64,000 bases of DNA from Alphaproteobacteria bacterium. Its GTDB lineage: Bacteria; Pseudomonadota; Alphaproteobacteria; GCA-2731375. The notes under the pieces were generated by a model. It ran no database searches, had not been told where the DNA came from, and saw nothing but the letters and a program-made list of their open reading frames with translations. The position numbers and the translations under genes were made by a program. The stretch covers positions 2,555,528-2,619,527 of the forward strand of contig CBDDPY010000002.1 of assembly GCA_965232515.1 (NCBI GenBank), given 5' to 3'. This document shows, piece by piece, positions 21,209-31,365 of the stretch. How positions within the stretch are numbered: the stretch's first letter is position 1; the number at the start of each line of letters is the position of its first letter.

Positions 21209-22390
21209 ATGACAATCGATGTCGCGGCCGTACGGGCCGACACGCCGGGCTGCGCCAACGTCGCGCATCTCTACAATTGCGGCGCCGGGCTGATGCCGCG
21301 CCAAGTGTTGGACAGTCTGACCGCGCACTTGACGCTGGAGGCGGAGATCGGCGGCTACGAGGCGGCCAACCGTTGCGAGGCCGCCGTGGCGCACAGCTAT
21401 GACGCCATCGCCACGCTGCTGAATTGCGATGCCGACGAGATCGCCATGGTCGAGAATGCGACCGTCGGCTGGGACATGGCCTTCTACGGCATGTCGTTCC
21501 AGCCTGGCGACCGGATCCTGACGGCGATATCCGAATACGCCTCGAACTACATCGCCTTCCTGCAGGTGGCGAAGCGCACCGGGGCCGAGATCGTCGTGGT
21601 GCCGAACGACGCGGCGGGACAGCTCGACGTGGCGGCGCTGGAAAACCTGATCGACGCGCGCGCCAGGCTGATCGCGGTAACCCACGTGCCGACGAACGGC
21701 GGCCTCGTCAATCCGGCGGCCGAGATCGGACGCGTCGCCCGGGCCGCCGGCGTGCCGTTTCTGCTGGACGCCTGCCAGGCGGCCGGACATCTGTCGCTCG
21801 ACGTGCAGGCGATCGGCTGCGACATGCTGTCGGCGACCGGCCGCAAGTATCTGCGCGGCCCCCGGGGCACCGGGTTCCTTTACGTCGCCCGCCACATGTT
21901 GGACAGGCTGGAGCCGCCGTTTCTGGACCTGCACGCGGCCAACTGGGTCGCGCCGGACCGCTACGAACTGCGGCCCGACGCCAAGCGTTTCGAGAACTGG
22001 GAAAGCTACATCGCCGGCAAGATCGGCCTCGGCGTCGCCGTCGATTACGCGCTGGCGCTGGGCATGGACGCCGTCGAGCAGCGCGTCGACATGCTGGCGG
22101 CGGGACTGCGCCAACGCCTCGACTCAATTCCGGCGGTTCGGGTTCAGGATCTCGGCGCCCGCAAATGCGGGATCATCAGCTTCTCGATCGACGGGGTCGA
22201 TCCGAACGACGTCGTGCGCGAGATGGCGGACCGCAACATCAATATCGGCACGACCTCGGTCTTCAGCACCCGGATCGACATGGGCGGTCGCGACATCCAA
22301 CTGATGAACCGGATGGGATTGCACTACTACAATTCCGAGGACGAGCTCGACCGCTTCGCCACGCTGGTCGAAGACCTCAGCCGGCGCTGA
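21209..22390 (+). CDS. aminotransferase class V-fold PLP-dependent enzyme (cysteine desulfurase/selenocysteine-lyase-like fold; function unassigned)
   Basis: 393 aa. LSATGRKYLRGPRGTGFLYV is a PLP-lysine context. Starts 10 nt after the AKR stop. Confidence 0.75.
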   Translation: MTIDVAAVRADTPGCANVAHLYNCGAGLMPRQVLDSLTAHLTLEAEIGGYEAANRCEAAVAHSYDAIATLLNCDADEIAMVENATVGWDMAFYGMSFQPGDRILTAISEYASNYIAFLQVAKRTGAEIVVVPNDAAGQLDVAALENLIDARARLIAVTHVPTNGGLVNPAAEIGRVARAAGVPFLLDACQAAGHLSLDVQAIGCDMLSATGRKYLRGPRGTGFLYVARHMLDRLEPPFLDLHAANWVAPDRYELRPDAKRFENWESYIAGKIGLGVAVDYALALGMDAVEQRVDMLAAGLRQRLDSIPAVRVQDLGARKCGIISFSIDGVDPNDVVREMADRNINIGTTSVFSTRIDMGGRDIQLMNRMGLHYYNSEDELDRFATLVEDLSRR

Positions 22391-23288
22391 CGCCAGCGCC
22401 GGCGAGTGACGCCTGTTCGCGGGTCAGGGCATCGACGACGAAACCGGCCACGACCTTGGTCCGCGCGTGGTCGCGGATGCGCCGGTCGATCAGCAACCAC
22501 ATGCTGAGGCGCCCCAGCTCGTCCGGACCGAACAGCCGCCGCAGTCCCGCGTCGCCGTCGGCCAGCAGACAGGGCAGCATGGCGATGCCGACCCCGGCAC
22601 GGGCCGCGGTCAACCGGGCATGCGGGCTGTTGCTGCGCAGGGCGATGGTCGTCCCCTGGCGACGGCGGCGCAGCCATTTCGCCGGTGCGACGTGGCCGGC
22701 GGAGATGTCGAAGTCGATCACATCGTGATCGGTCAGGCGATCGACGCTGTCGGGCCGGCCCCGACAGTCGAGATAGGCCGGCGCGGCATAGACCCCGAAG
22801 CCGACGGCGAACGACTCGCGCGCGACGAAATCGCCCTGCGCTGGCTTCTGAAAGCGCAGCGCCAGGTCGGTATCGCGGCCGGAGATCTCAGCCGCCGGAC
22901 TGCCGCTGACCAGCTCCACCCGCAATCCCGGATGATCCCGCTGCAACTGCCCCAGACCGCCGGACAACAGCTCGGCCGCGACGAATTCCGGCGCCGTGAT
23001 CCGCACGTCGCCGGCGACCGTCGGCGACCGTCCCGACAGCAGGCGCTTGGCCGCGAACAGCTCCGTCTCGATGGTCTCGGCCGTGCGCAGCAGCAGCTCG
23101 CCGTCGGCCGTCGGCACATAGCCCGAGCGGCGCTGCGCGAACAGCTTCAGCCCGAGTTCCGCCTCCAGCGCCGCAATGTGGCGCCACACGGTTGCCGGCG
23201 ACACGCCCAGTCGCCGGCTGGCCTCGGCCAGGCTGCCGGACTGGGCCACGGCCAGCAGATAGCGCAGGTCATCCCAGCTTTCCGACAT
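22377..23288 (-). CDS. LysR family transcriptional regulator
   Basis: N-terminal HTH LRYLLAVAQSGSLAEASRRLGVSPATVWRHIAALE and a LysR substrate-binding domain. Divergent from the cupin gene. Confidence 0.85.
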   Translation of the reverse strand: MSESWDDLRYLLAVAQSGSLAEASRRLGVSPATVWRHIAALEAELGLKLFAQRRSGYVPTADGELLLRTAETIETELFAAKRLLSGRSPTVAGDVRITAPEFVAAELLSGGLGQLQRDHPGLRVELVSGSPAAEISGRDTDLALRFQKPAQGDFVARESFAVGFGVYAAPAYLDCRGRPDSVDRLTDHDVIDFDISAGHVAPAKWLRRRRQGTTIALRSNSPHARLTAARAGVGIAMLPCLLADGDAGLRRLFGPDELGRLSMWLLIDRRIRDHARTKVVAGFVVDALTREQASLAGAGVSAG

Positions 23289-23295
23289 GAGAAAT

Positions 23296-23311
23296 CTTTC
23301 ATTTTTGAAAG
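23296..23311. promoter_or_regulatory. LysR-type T-N11-A inverted repeat CTTTC-Attttt-GAAAG
   Basis: A perfect 5-bp inverted repeat with a T-rich centre, 8 nt upstream of the LysR start codon. It sits in an AT-rich intergenic region that is unusual for this genome. Confidence 0.35.
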
Positions 23312-23406
23312 AACAACATTCAAATTTATCGACTTATGTTTCAAATACGGCAAGCCTATCTTCACAGCATTGGACATCCCGACAGGTTTGTGACGGAACG
23401 AAACCC

Positions 23407-23733
23407 ATGTCTCAATCGACCTTTCCCGACGCCATCCGGCGGCTGGAGCCCTACAGCGAGCGCTTCGACGCGTATCGGCTGCGCGGCCAGGGCTGCGATG
23501 TCTATTTCGCCACTTATCCGGCCGGCACGGAGATCGAGCCGCATCATCACGACAGCGACAATCACGGTCTGATCACCAAGGGCGAGCTGATCCTGCTGAT
23601 CGATGGGGAGGAGCGGCGCTTCGCGGCCGGCAGCTGGTATCACATCCCGCCCGGCGCCACGCACGCGGCGCGCTTCGAGCAGTCGACCGAAGAGATCGAG
23701 TTCTGGTTTACCGGCGGCTCAGCGCCAGGCTAA
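23407..23733 (+). CDS. cupin domain-containing protein
   Basis: 108 aa. The cupin metal motif region GTEIEPHHHDSDNHGLITKGEL is followed by WYHIPPGATHAARF. Confidence 0.7.
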   Translation: MSQSTFPDAIRRLEPYSERFDAYRLRGQGCDVYFATYPAGTEIEPHHHDSDNHGLITKGELILLIDGEERRFAAGSWYHIPPGATHAARFEQSTEEIEFWFTGGSAPG

Positions 23734-24200
23734 CGCAGGTCGAGTTCGAGAAACTTGGCGGTGGGCACGGGATTGAAGCAGTAGGGTTCGATCTCGCGGA
23801 ATCCCCGGGCGAGATAGATCTCGATTGCCCGCGGCTGTGCGTCGGTCACCGTATCCAGCCGCATGGCCCGATAGCCCAGGCGCCGCCCCTCGGCAATGAC
23901 GGCATCGACCAGCCGGGAGCCGAGGCCAGTGCCCCGCGCCGTCGGCCGGAGATAAAGCCGCTTCATCTCGCAGAATCCGTCGCCGAGGTCGCGCAGGCCG
24001 ACCACGCCGACCGGCAGGCTATCAAGCTTCGCCAACAGCAGCGCGCCCGTCGGTGGCCCGTACTTGCCGGGAAAGTCTTTCAGCTCGGCCTCGAAATCCT
24101 GGAAATCGAGCTCGAATTCCAGGTCGTCGACATATTCACGAAACAGCGTCTTGACGGCGTCGAGATCCGCACCGGTCCGCGCCTGCACGATCTCGCTCAC
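23730..24200 (-). CDS. GNAT family N-acetyltransferase
   Basis: Acetyl-CoA binding region RGTGLGSRLVDAVIAEGRRLGYRAM. The GTG start (VSEIVQARTG) overlaps the PhzF stop. Only the C-terminal ~156 codons of the 442-aa track ORF are this gene. Confidence 0.7.
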   Translation of the reverse strand: MSEIVQARTGADLDAVKTLFREYVDDLEFELDFQDFEAELKDFPGKYGPPTGALLLAKLDSLPVGVVGLRDLGDGFCEMKRLYLRPTARGTGLGSRLVDAVIAEGRRLGYRAMRLDTVTDAQPRAIEIYLARGFREIEPYCFNPVPTAKFLELDLR

Positions 24201-24976
24201 AGCGTGATCGTCCCCTCCATATAGAAGGCGCAGGCGCCGGTGAGATGGACACGGTCGTCGATCAGTTCGCATACGAGATCGCCGCCGCGCTCGGAAATTT
24301 GCCGCGCCGTCAACACCGACTTGTCGAGCTTCATCGCCCAGTAAGGCGCGCCCATGCAATGCGCCGAACCCGTGACCGGGTCCTCGTTGATGCCGGAGAC
24401 CGGCGCGAAGAACCGTGAGACGAAATCGACGTCGCGGCCCGGCGCCGTCGCCATCACATTCGCGCCTTCCAGCCGCCCAAGACTGTTGAAGTCCGGCGTC
24501 AGTACCTCGATCTCTTCTTCGTTGGCATAGACCAACATGTAGAAGCGGGCTTTCAGGATCTCGACCGGCGCGCCGCCTATGGATTCCACCAGGCCGGGCG
24601 GCGGCTCGACAGGTTCGGGCGGCAGAGCCGGGAAATCCATTTTCAGCCGGTCGCCGTCGCGCCGCACATGGAGCGGCCCGGACAGCGTGTCGAACGCCAC
24701 AGCGTCCGTTCCCGGACGCAGATAGTTCAGCACGACATGACCGCTGGCAAGCGTCGCATGGCCGCAGAGCGGGACCTCGACCGCCGGCGTGAACCAGCGC
24801 AAATGATAGCCCTCGTCGTTCGATACGATGAAAGCCGTCTCGGAAAGGTTGTTCTCGGCAGCGATCGCCTGCAGCGTCGCATCGTCCAGCCAGTCGTCGA
24901 GCGGGCAGACGGCGGCGGGATTGCCAGCAAACGGCCGGTCGGTGAACGCGTCGATCTGATAGAGCTTGATCTGCAT
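24197..24976 (-). CDS. PhzF family phenazine-biosynthesis-like isomerase
   Basis: MQIKLYQIDAFTDRPFAGNPAAVCPL is a canonical PhzF/YHI9 N-terminus. 259 aa. Confidence 0.8.
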   Translation of the reverse strand: MQIKLYQIDAFTDRPFAGNPAAVCPLDDWLDDATLQAIAAENNLSETAFIVSNDEGYHLRWFTPAVEVPLCGHATLASGHVVLNYLRPGTDAVAFDTLSGPLHVRRDGDRLKMDFPALPPEPVEPPPGLVESIGGAPVEILKARFYMLVYANEEEIEVLTPDFNSLGRLEGANVMATAPGRDVDFVSRFFAPVSGINEDPVTGSAHCMGAPYWAMKLDKSVLTARQISERGGDLVCELIDDRVHLTGACAFYMEGTITL

Positions 24977-25067
24977 TGGGACATTCCTGCTGCGTCGCGG
25001 CGCCCGCACTGACTCTTGGCGGCGCCATGTCCCCGCCGCCTGCCGACGGCGGGGACAATTGAAGGAT

Positions 25068-25313
25068 CTAAGCGCGCCAGAAAGGTTTGCGGCTCTCCTG
25101 ATCAACCTGGATGCGGGTCAGGCCTACGTCCTTGAGCATGCGGTCATCCATTTCGCCTAGCGCATGCCGTTCGGCAGCACGCGACTGCCAGAGCAGCAGC
25201 AGATCGAAGAGCCCGAAGCGGCGCCGTACCAGACCGTTGGTCCATTTGCCGGCCGGCCGCCGATTCAAGTTCGGATGGATTGTATGCGTCCAATTTTTCG
25301 CAAAATCGCTCAT
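25068..25313 (-). CDS. DUF1127 domain-containing small protein
   Basis: 81 aa. Conserved DUF1127 core LGEMDDRMLKDVGLTRIQVDQESRKPFWRA. Confidence 0.6.
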   Translation of the reverse strand: MSDFAKNWTHTIHPNLNRRPAGKWTNGLVRRRFGLFDLLLLWQSRAAERHALGEMDDRMLKDVGLTRIQVDQESRKPFWRA

Positions 25314-25333
25314 TGCCTGACTCCATCAATATG

Positions 25334-25425
25334 TTGTTGCCAACAATCTCCCTGACGTTTTTGGAACAATGTGACAATAAGCTTGACATTGTCTCCAAAC
25401 AAGCGAAATATTGTCATGATGACAA
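25334..25425. promoter_or_regulatory. candidate MocR operator cluster: odd palindromes TTGTTG-c-CAACAA (25334-25346) and TTGTCAT-g-ATGACAA (25411-25425), plus TGACAA/TTGACA half-sites at 25371-25395
   Basis: Read directly from the sequence. The second palindrome is centred on the MocR start codons at 25416 and 25419. A HindIII-centred GACAATAAGCTTGACATTGTC sits in between. Confidence 0.35.
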
Positions 25426-26807
25426 TTTGGGTTCCCGATTTGTCGAACCGCGACGGGCCGCTCTATTCGGCCATCGCGGACGCCATCGACGACGCGGTCC
25501 GGAGCGGCGATCTGCCGCCGGATTCGCGGCTACCCCCGCAGCGCGAGCTGGCCTGGCGGCTCGGCGTCACGGTCGGCACGGTGACGCGGGCCTATGCGCT
25601 GGCCGAGCAGCGCGGCGCGGTATCCGCCCATGTCGGCCGCGGCACCTTCGTTCGGCCCTCGCCCGGCTACGCCGTGGCCTCGCCCTACTTTCCCGATCCG
25701 GCCCCGAACATCATCGATCTCAGCGTCAACACGCCGCTCTACGATCTGCCGTCGGAGGCCCTGCGCCGAGCCCTCGCCGATCTCTCCCGCCGCCCCGATC
25801 TCGACGCCCTATTGCGCTACACACCCGATCGGGGGCATGAGCGGCATCGGGCGGCCGGCGCCATTTGGATGCGCCGGGTCGGCATCGAGGCGACGCCCGA
25901 CTGTGTCGTGCTCGCCAATGGCGTTCAGCAGGGCCTGACCACGGCGCTGCTCACCCTGACGCAGCCGGGCGACACCGTGCTGACCGAGGAGCTGACCTAT
26001 GGCGGCATCATCGAAGCCGCCCAGATCTGCCGCGTCGGCTTGCGCGGCCTCGCCATGGACGCGGATGGCATCATCCCCGACGCGCTGGCCGAGGTGGCGA
26101 CGGAGACCGGCGCGCGGGTGCTGGTGACCAACCCGACGATCCACAATCCGACATCGATCGACGTGCCCGAACAGCGGCGGCGTGAGCTGCTGGCGATCGC
26201 CGAGGCGCACGACATGCTGATCGTCGAGGACGACGTCTATGGCAACCTGCCGGCCGAGCGCGCGCCGCCCATGGCCGCCCTGGCGCCGGATCGCGTGGTC
26301 TATGTGACCAGTGCCTCGAAATGCATGGCGCCGGGCCTGCGGGTCGCCTGGCTCGCCTGCCCGGAGAAGCTCGCCGGACGGATCGCCGAGTCGATCCACA
26401 TGCAGGCGGTCTGCCTGCCGCCGCTGACGGCCGAGATCGCCACCATGTGGATCGAGGACGGCACCGGCGATGAGCTGGCCCAGAGCATTGCCGACGAGGC
26501 GACGGCGCGCCAGGACCTGGCGACCGAGGCTTTCGACGGCCTGGACTGGCACAGCCATCCGAACGGCTTTCACGGCCTGCTCTACCTGCCGAGTCCCTGG
26601 CGGCGCGAGACCTTCGCGGCGGCGGCGGCGCAACGCGGCGTGCGCATCGTGCCCGCCGGCACCTTCGCCGTCGGCCAGACCACGGCGCCGCATGCGGTGC
26701 GTCTGGCCCTGATCGCCGCGCGCGACCGCGCGGTGCTGGGCCAGGCGCTGTCGACGCTGTCGGAACTCGCCCGCTCCGCGCCCGGATCGCGGGGCATCGT
26801 TATCTGA
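25416..26807 (+). CDS. MocR/PdxR-type transcriptional regulator (GntR HTH fused to an aminotransferase-like domain)
   Basis: N-terminal GntR HTH LYSAIADAIDDAVRSGDLPPDSRLPPQRELAWRLGVTVGTVTRAYALAEQRG. Large fold-type I aminotransferase-like C-terminal domain. Confidence 0.85.
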   Translation: MMTIWVPDLSNRDGPLYSAIADAIDDAVRSGDLPPDSRLPPQRELAWRLGVTVGTVTRAYALAEQRGAVSAHVGRGTFVRPSPGYAVASPYFPDPAPNIIDLSVNTPLYDLPSEALRRALADLSRRPDLDALLRYTPDRGHERHRAAGAIWMRRVGIEATPDCVVLANGVQQGLTTALLTLTQPGDTVLTEELTYGGIIEAAQICRVGLRGLAMDADGIIPDALAEVATETGARVLVTNPTIHNPTSIDVPEQRRRELLAIAEAHDMLIVEDDVYGNLPAERAPPMAALAPDRVVYVTSASKCMAPGLRVAWLACPEKLAGRIAESIHMQAVCLPPLTAEIATMWIEDGTGDELAQSIADEATARQDLATEAFDGLDWHSHPNGFHGLLYLPSPWRRETFAAAAAQRGVRIVPAGTFAVGQTTAPHAVRLALIAARDRAVLGQALSTLSELARSAPGSRGIVI

Positions 26808-26881
26808 CCCATCGCGCTACGGTGGCAACGAATGCTGCGGCGTGCCAAGCTTTCGGCCGATTCCGGATTGCGGAGGCGCGG

Positions 26882-27990
26882 ATGGCGATGCCCGAAAACG
26901 ATCACCTGCCGCATCGCGCGGAACATGTCGGCAGCTTGCTGCGGCCAGAGAATTTGAAGCAGGCGGCACGGCAGCATCGGCTTGGCGCGATCGACGACGA
27001 CGCGTTTGAAAAAACCGTCGAGGAGGAAATCGCAAACGCCATCCGCTTGCAGGAAGAGGTCGGCCTGCGCTCGATCACCGACGGCGAGTTTCGGCGCAGC
27101 TCTTGGTTCGGCTTCTACTTCGACGGTCTCTCGGGACTCAGTCTGAAGGACAGCCGTTTCAGCTTCCGCGACGCCGAGGGCAAGACCTATACCTGGCCAA
27201 CCTGCTATTTCGACGGCCCGCTGCGCCGCACGCGGCCCATCTGCCTGCCCGAGTTCCAGACCATCGCCCGGCACACGACGGCGGTGCCGAAGGCGACGAT
27301 GCCGTCACCCAGCGCCTTTCATTTCTTCCGCGGCCGCGAGGCGGTCGATCCCACGGTCTATCCAGAGCTCGGCTTGTTCTGGGACGATCTTGTCGCGGTC
27401 TATCGTCAGGAGATCGCCGACCTCGCCGCGGCCGGCTGCCGATATCTGCAGTTCGACGAGGTGCCGCTCGCCATGCTGTGCGACGCCAACGTGCGGCAGC
27501 AGATCAGCGATGCCGGCGAGGCGCCGGAAGCTTTCATCGGCATGTATCTCGACGTCATGGGGCGTGTGCTTGCCGACGTGCCGTCGGACATGACCGTCGG
27601 CATGCATATGTGCCGCGGCAACTTCCGCTCGCGCTGGATGGCGGAAGGCGGCTACGAGCCGGTCGCGGAACGCCTGTTCGGCGAGCTGCCGGTCGACGCG
27701 TTCTTTCTGGAATACGACAGCCCGCGGGCCGGCGATTTTTCGCCGCTGCGCCTGATGGGCGCCGATAAATCGGTGGTTCTCGGCATCATCAGCACGAAGA
27801 CATCGGAACTGGAGCCGGTCGACGAGTTGAGCCGGCGTATCGACGAGGCAAGCCGGTACGTGCCGCTGGACCGCCTGGCGGTCAGCCCGCAATGCGGTTT
27901 CGCCAGCGTCGCCGGCGGCAACAGCATCGGCGAGGCCGACCAGAAGGCGAAGCTCAGGCTTGTCGTCGAGCTGGCCGACGCGATCTGGGG

Positions 27991-27994
<4 letters not shown>
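26882..27994 (+). CDS. cobalamin-independent methionine synthase catalytic-domain (MetE C-terminal-like) protein, ~370 aa
   Basis: Resembles the MetE C-terminal UroD-like catalytic domain (HVGSLLRPENLKQA, SPQCGFA with Zn-binding Cys). It lacks the N-terminal MetE domain. Confidence 0.75.
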
Positions 27995-30143
<2,149 letters not shown>

Positions 30144-30221
30144 GCAACACACCCACGCGCGTTCGCCGACGAATCACGGCCGGTCAAAACCTAACATATG
30201 CCGGGGATTCCTGCGCAACGC

Positions 30222-31328
30222 TTAACATGAGCCGCCTGTGATCAGTGCGTGCCAAATCGTCACGGCCTGACGGCTTTCGGCAACGTCATGCAAGCGGACG
30301 ATCTGGACGCCCTGAGCCAGTCCCTGCAGCATGGCCGCAAGCGAGCCCGGCAGACGCGCCGATGGCGTCTTTTCGCCACTCAATCGCCCGATGAATCCCT
30401 TTCGCGACACGCCGAGCAACAATGGGCAGCCCAGGCCGTGGAACAGCGACAGCCCGCGCAGCAGCTGGAGATTGTGCGACAACGTCTTGCCGAAGCCGAT
30501 GCCGGGATCGATAACCAGCCGCTCACGGGCGATGCCGGCCGCTTCGCAGACGTCGATCCGATCCGCCAGAAAGTCGTAGACGTCGAGCAGCACGTCGTCA
30601 TAGACGGGATCGTCCTGCATGGACGCCGGATCGCCCTGCGCATGCATCAGCACGACCGGAAGGCCGCTCCCGGCGGCGACGGCAAGGCTCTCGGGCTCAT
30701 GGCGAAGTGCGCTGACATCGTTGATGACGGCGGCTCCCGCGGCGACCGCGGATCGCATGACGGCGGCATGCCGGGTGTCGATCGACAGCGGCGACGGCGC
30801 GTTCGACAGTCCGGCCAGCACCGGCAGGATACGCTCGACCTCAACGCCGGCCGGTGTTTCCGCCGCGCCGGGACGCGTCGACTCGCCGCCAACATCGATG
30901 AGATCGGCGCCGGCTTGCACCATTTCCCAGGCGTGGTCGATCGCCGCCTCGGTGTCGACGAAGGCGCCGCCGTCCGAAAAGCTGTCCGGCGTCACATTCA
31001 AAACGCCCATCAGCCGCGGCCGGTCCATCGTCAGACCGGCGATATCGGCGCGGGGCGCCGTCAGCCGACCCAGCCGCGCCTGAACCTCGGCATGACGCGC
31101 TTCGCCAACGGATGCCGCCCATTCCAGGACCTGATCGATCGAGGCAATCGCATCGGCATCGCCCGGCCGCAGCCGTACCTGCAGATCTTCGAAGGCGAGG
31201 GGACCGCCGGCGAGCGGCCGGCAGGCCGGCCCGAGATCGCCGGTACGGGCCGGGATTGGACGCAGGTAAAGCCGGGTATCGTCGGCGACGACGCGCGGCA
31301 ACGCGGCTAACGATCGGGAAGCGGTCAT
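30222..31328 (-). CDS. folP: dihydropteroate synthase with a ~100-aa N-terminal extension
   Basis: The catalytic domain starts near MDRPRLMGVLNVTPDSFSDGG (Met101 at 31028). The in-frame upstream 100 codons have coding-like GC3 and begin 37 nt after the ftsH stop. Confidence 0.85.
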   Translation of the reverse strand: MTASRSLAALPRVVADDTRLYLRPIPARTGDLGPACRPLAGGPLAFEDLQVRLRPGDADAIASIDQVLEWAASVGEARHAEVQARLGRLTAPRADIAGLTMDRPRLMGVLNVTPDSFSDGGAFVDTEAAIDHAWEMVQAGADLIDVGGESTRPGAAETPAGVEVERILPVLAGLSNAPSPLSIDTRHAAVMRSAVAAGAAVINDVSALRHEPESLAVAAGSGLPVVLMHAQGDPASMQDDPVYDDVLLDVYDFLADRIDVCEAAGIARERLVIDPGIGFGKTLSHNLQLLRGLSLFHGLGCPLLLGVSRKGFIGRLSGEKTPSARLPGSLAAMLQGLAQGVQIVRLHDVAESRQAVTIWHALITGGSC

Positions 31329-31365
31329 CGAAGAAATGGTGCGGCCGGCCGAAGCCGGCCGGTCC

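Noticed and set aside
23730-25058. 442-aa minus-strand ORF
   Set aside because: Only the C-terminal ~156 codons (23730-24200) form the GNAT gene. The rest is an out-of-frame read across the PhzF gene, which is read correctly in frame 24197-24976.
26808-26881. SAM-II or cobalamin riboswitch upstream of the MetE-core gene
   Set aside because: Only 74 nt are available. No recognisable SAM-II pseudoknot consensus or B12-box (GCCACTG-like) could be read. MocR-mediated control is more plausible.
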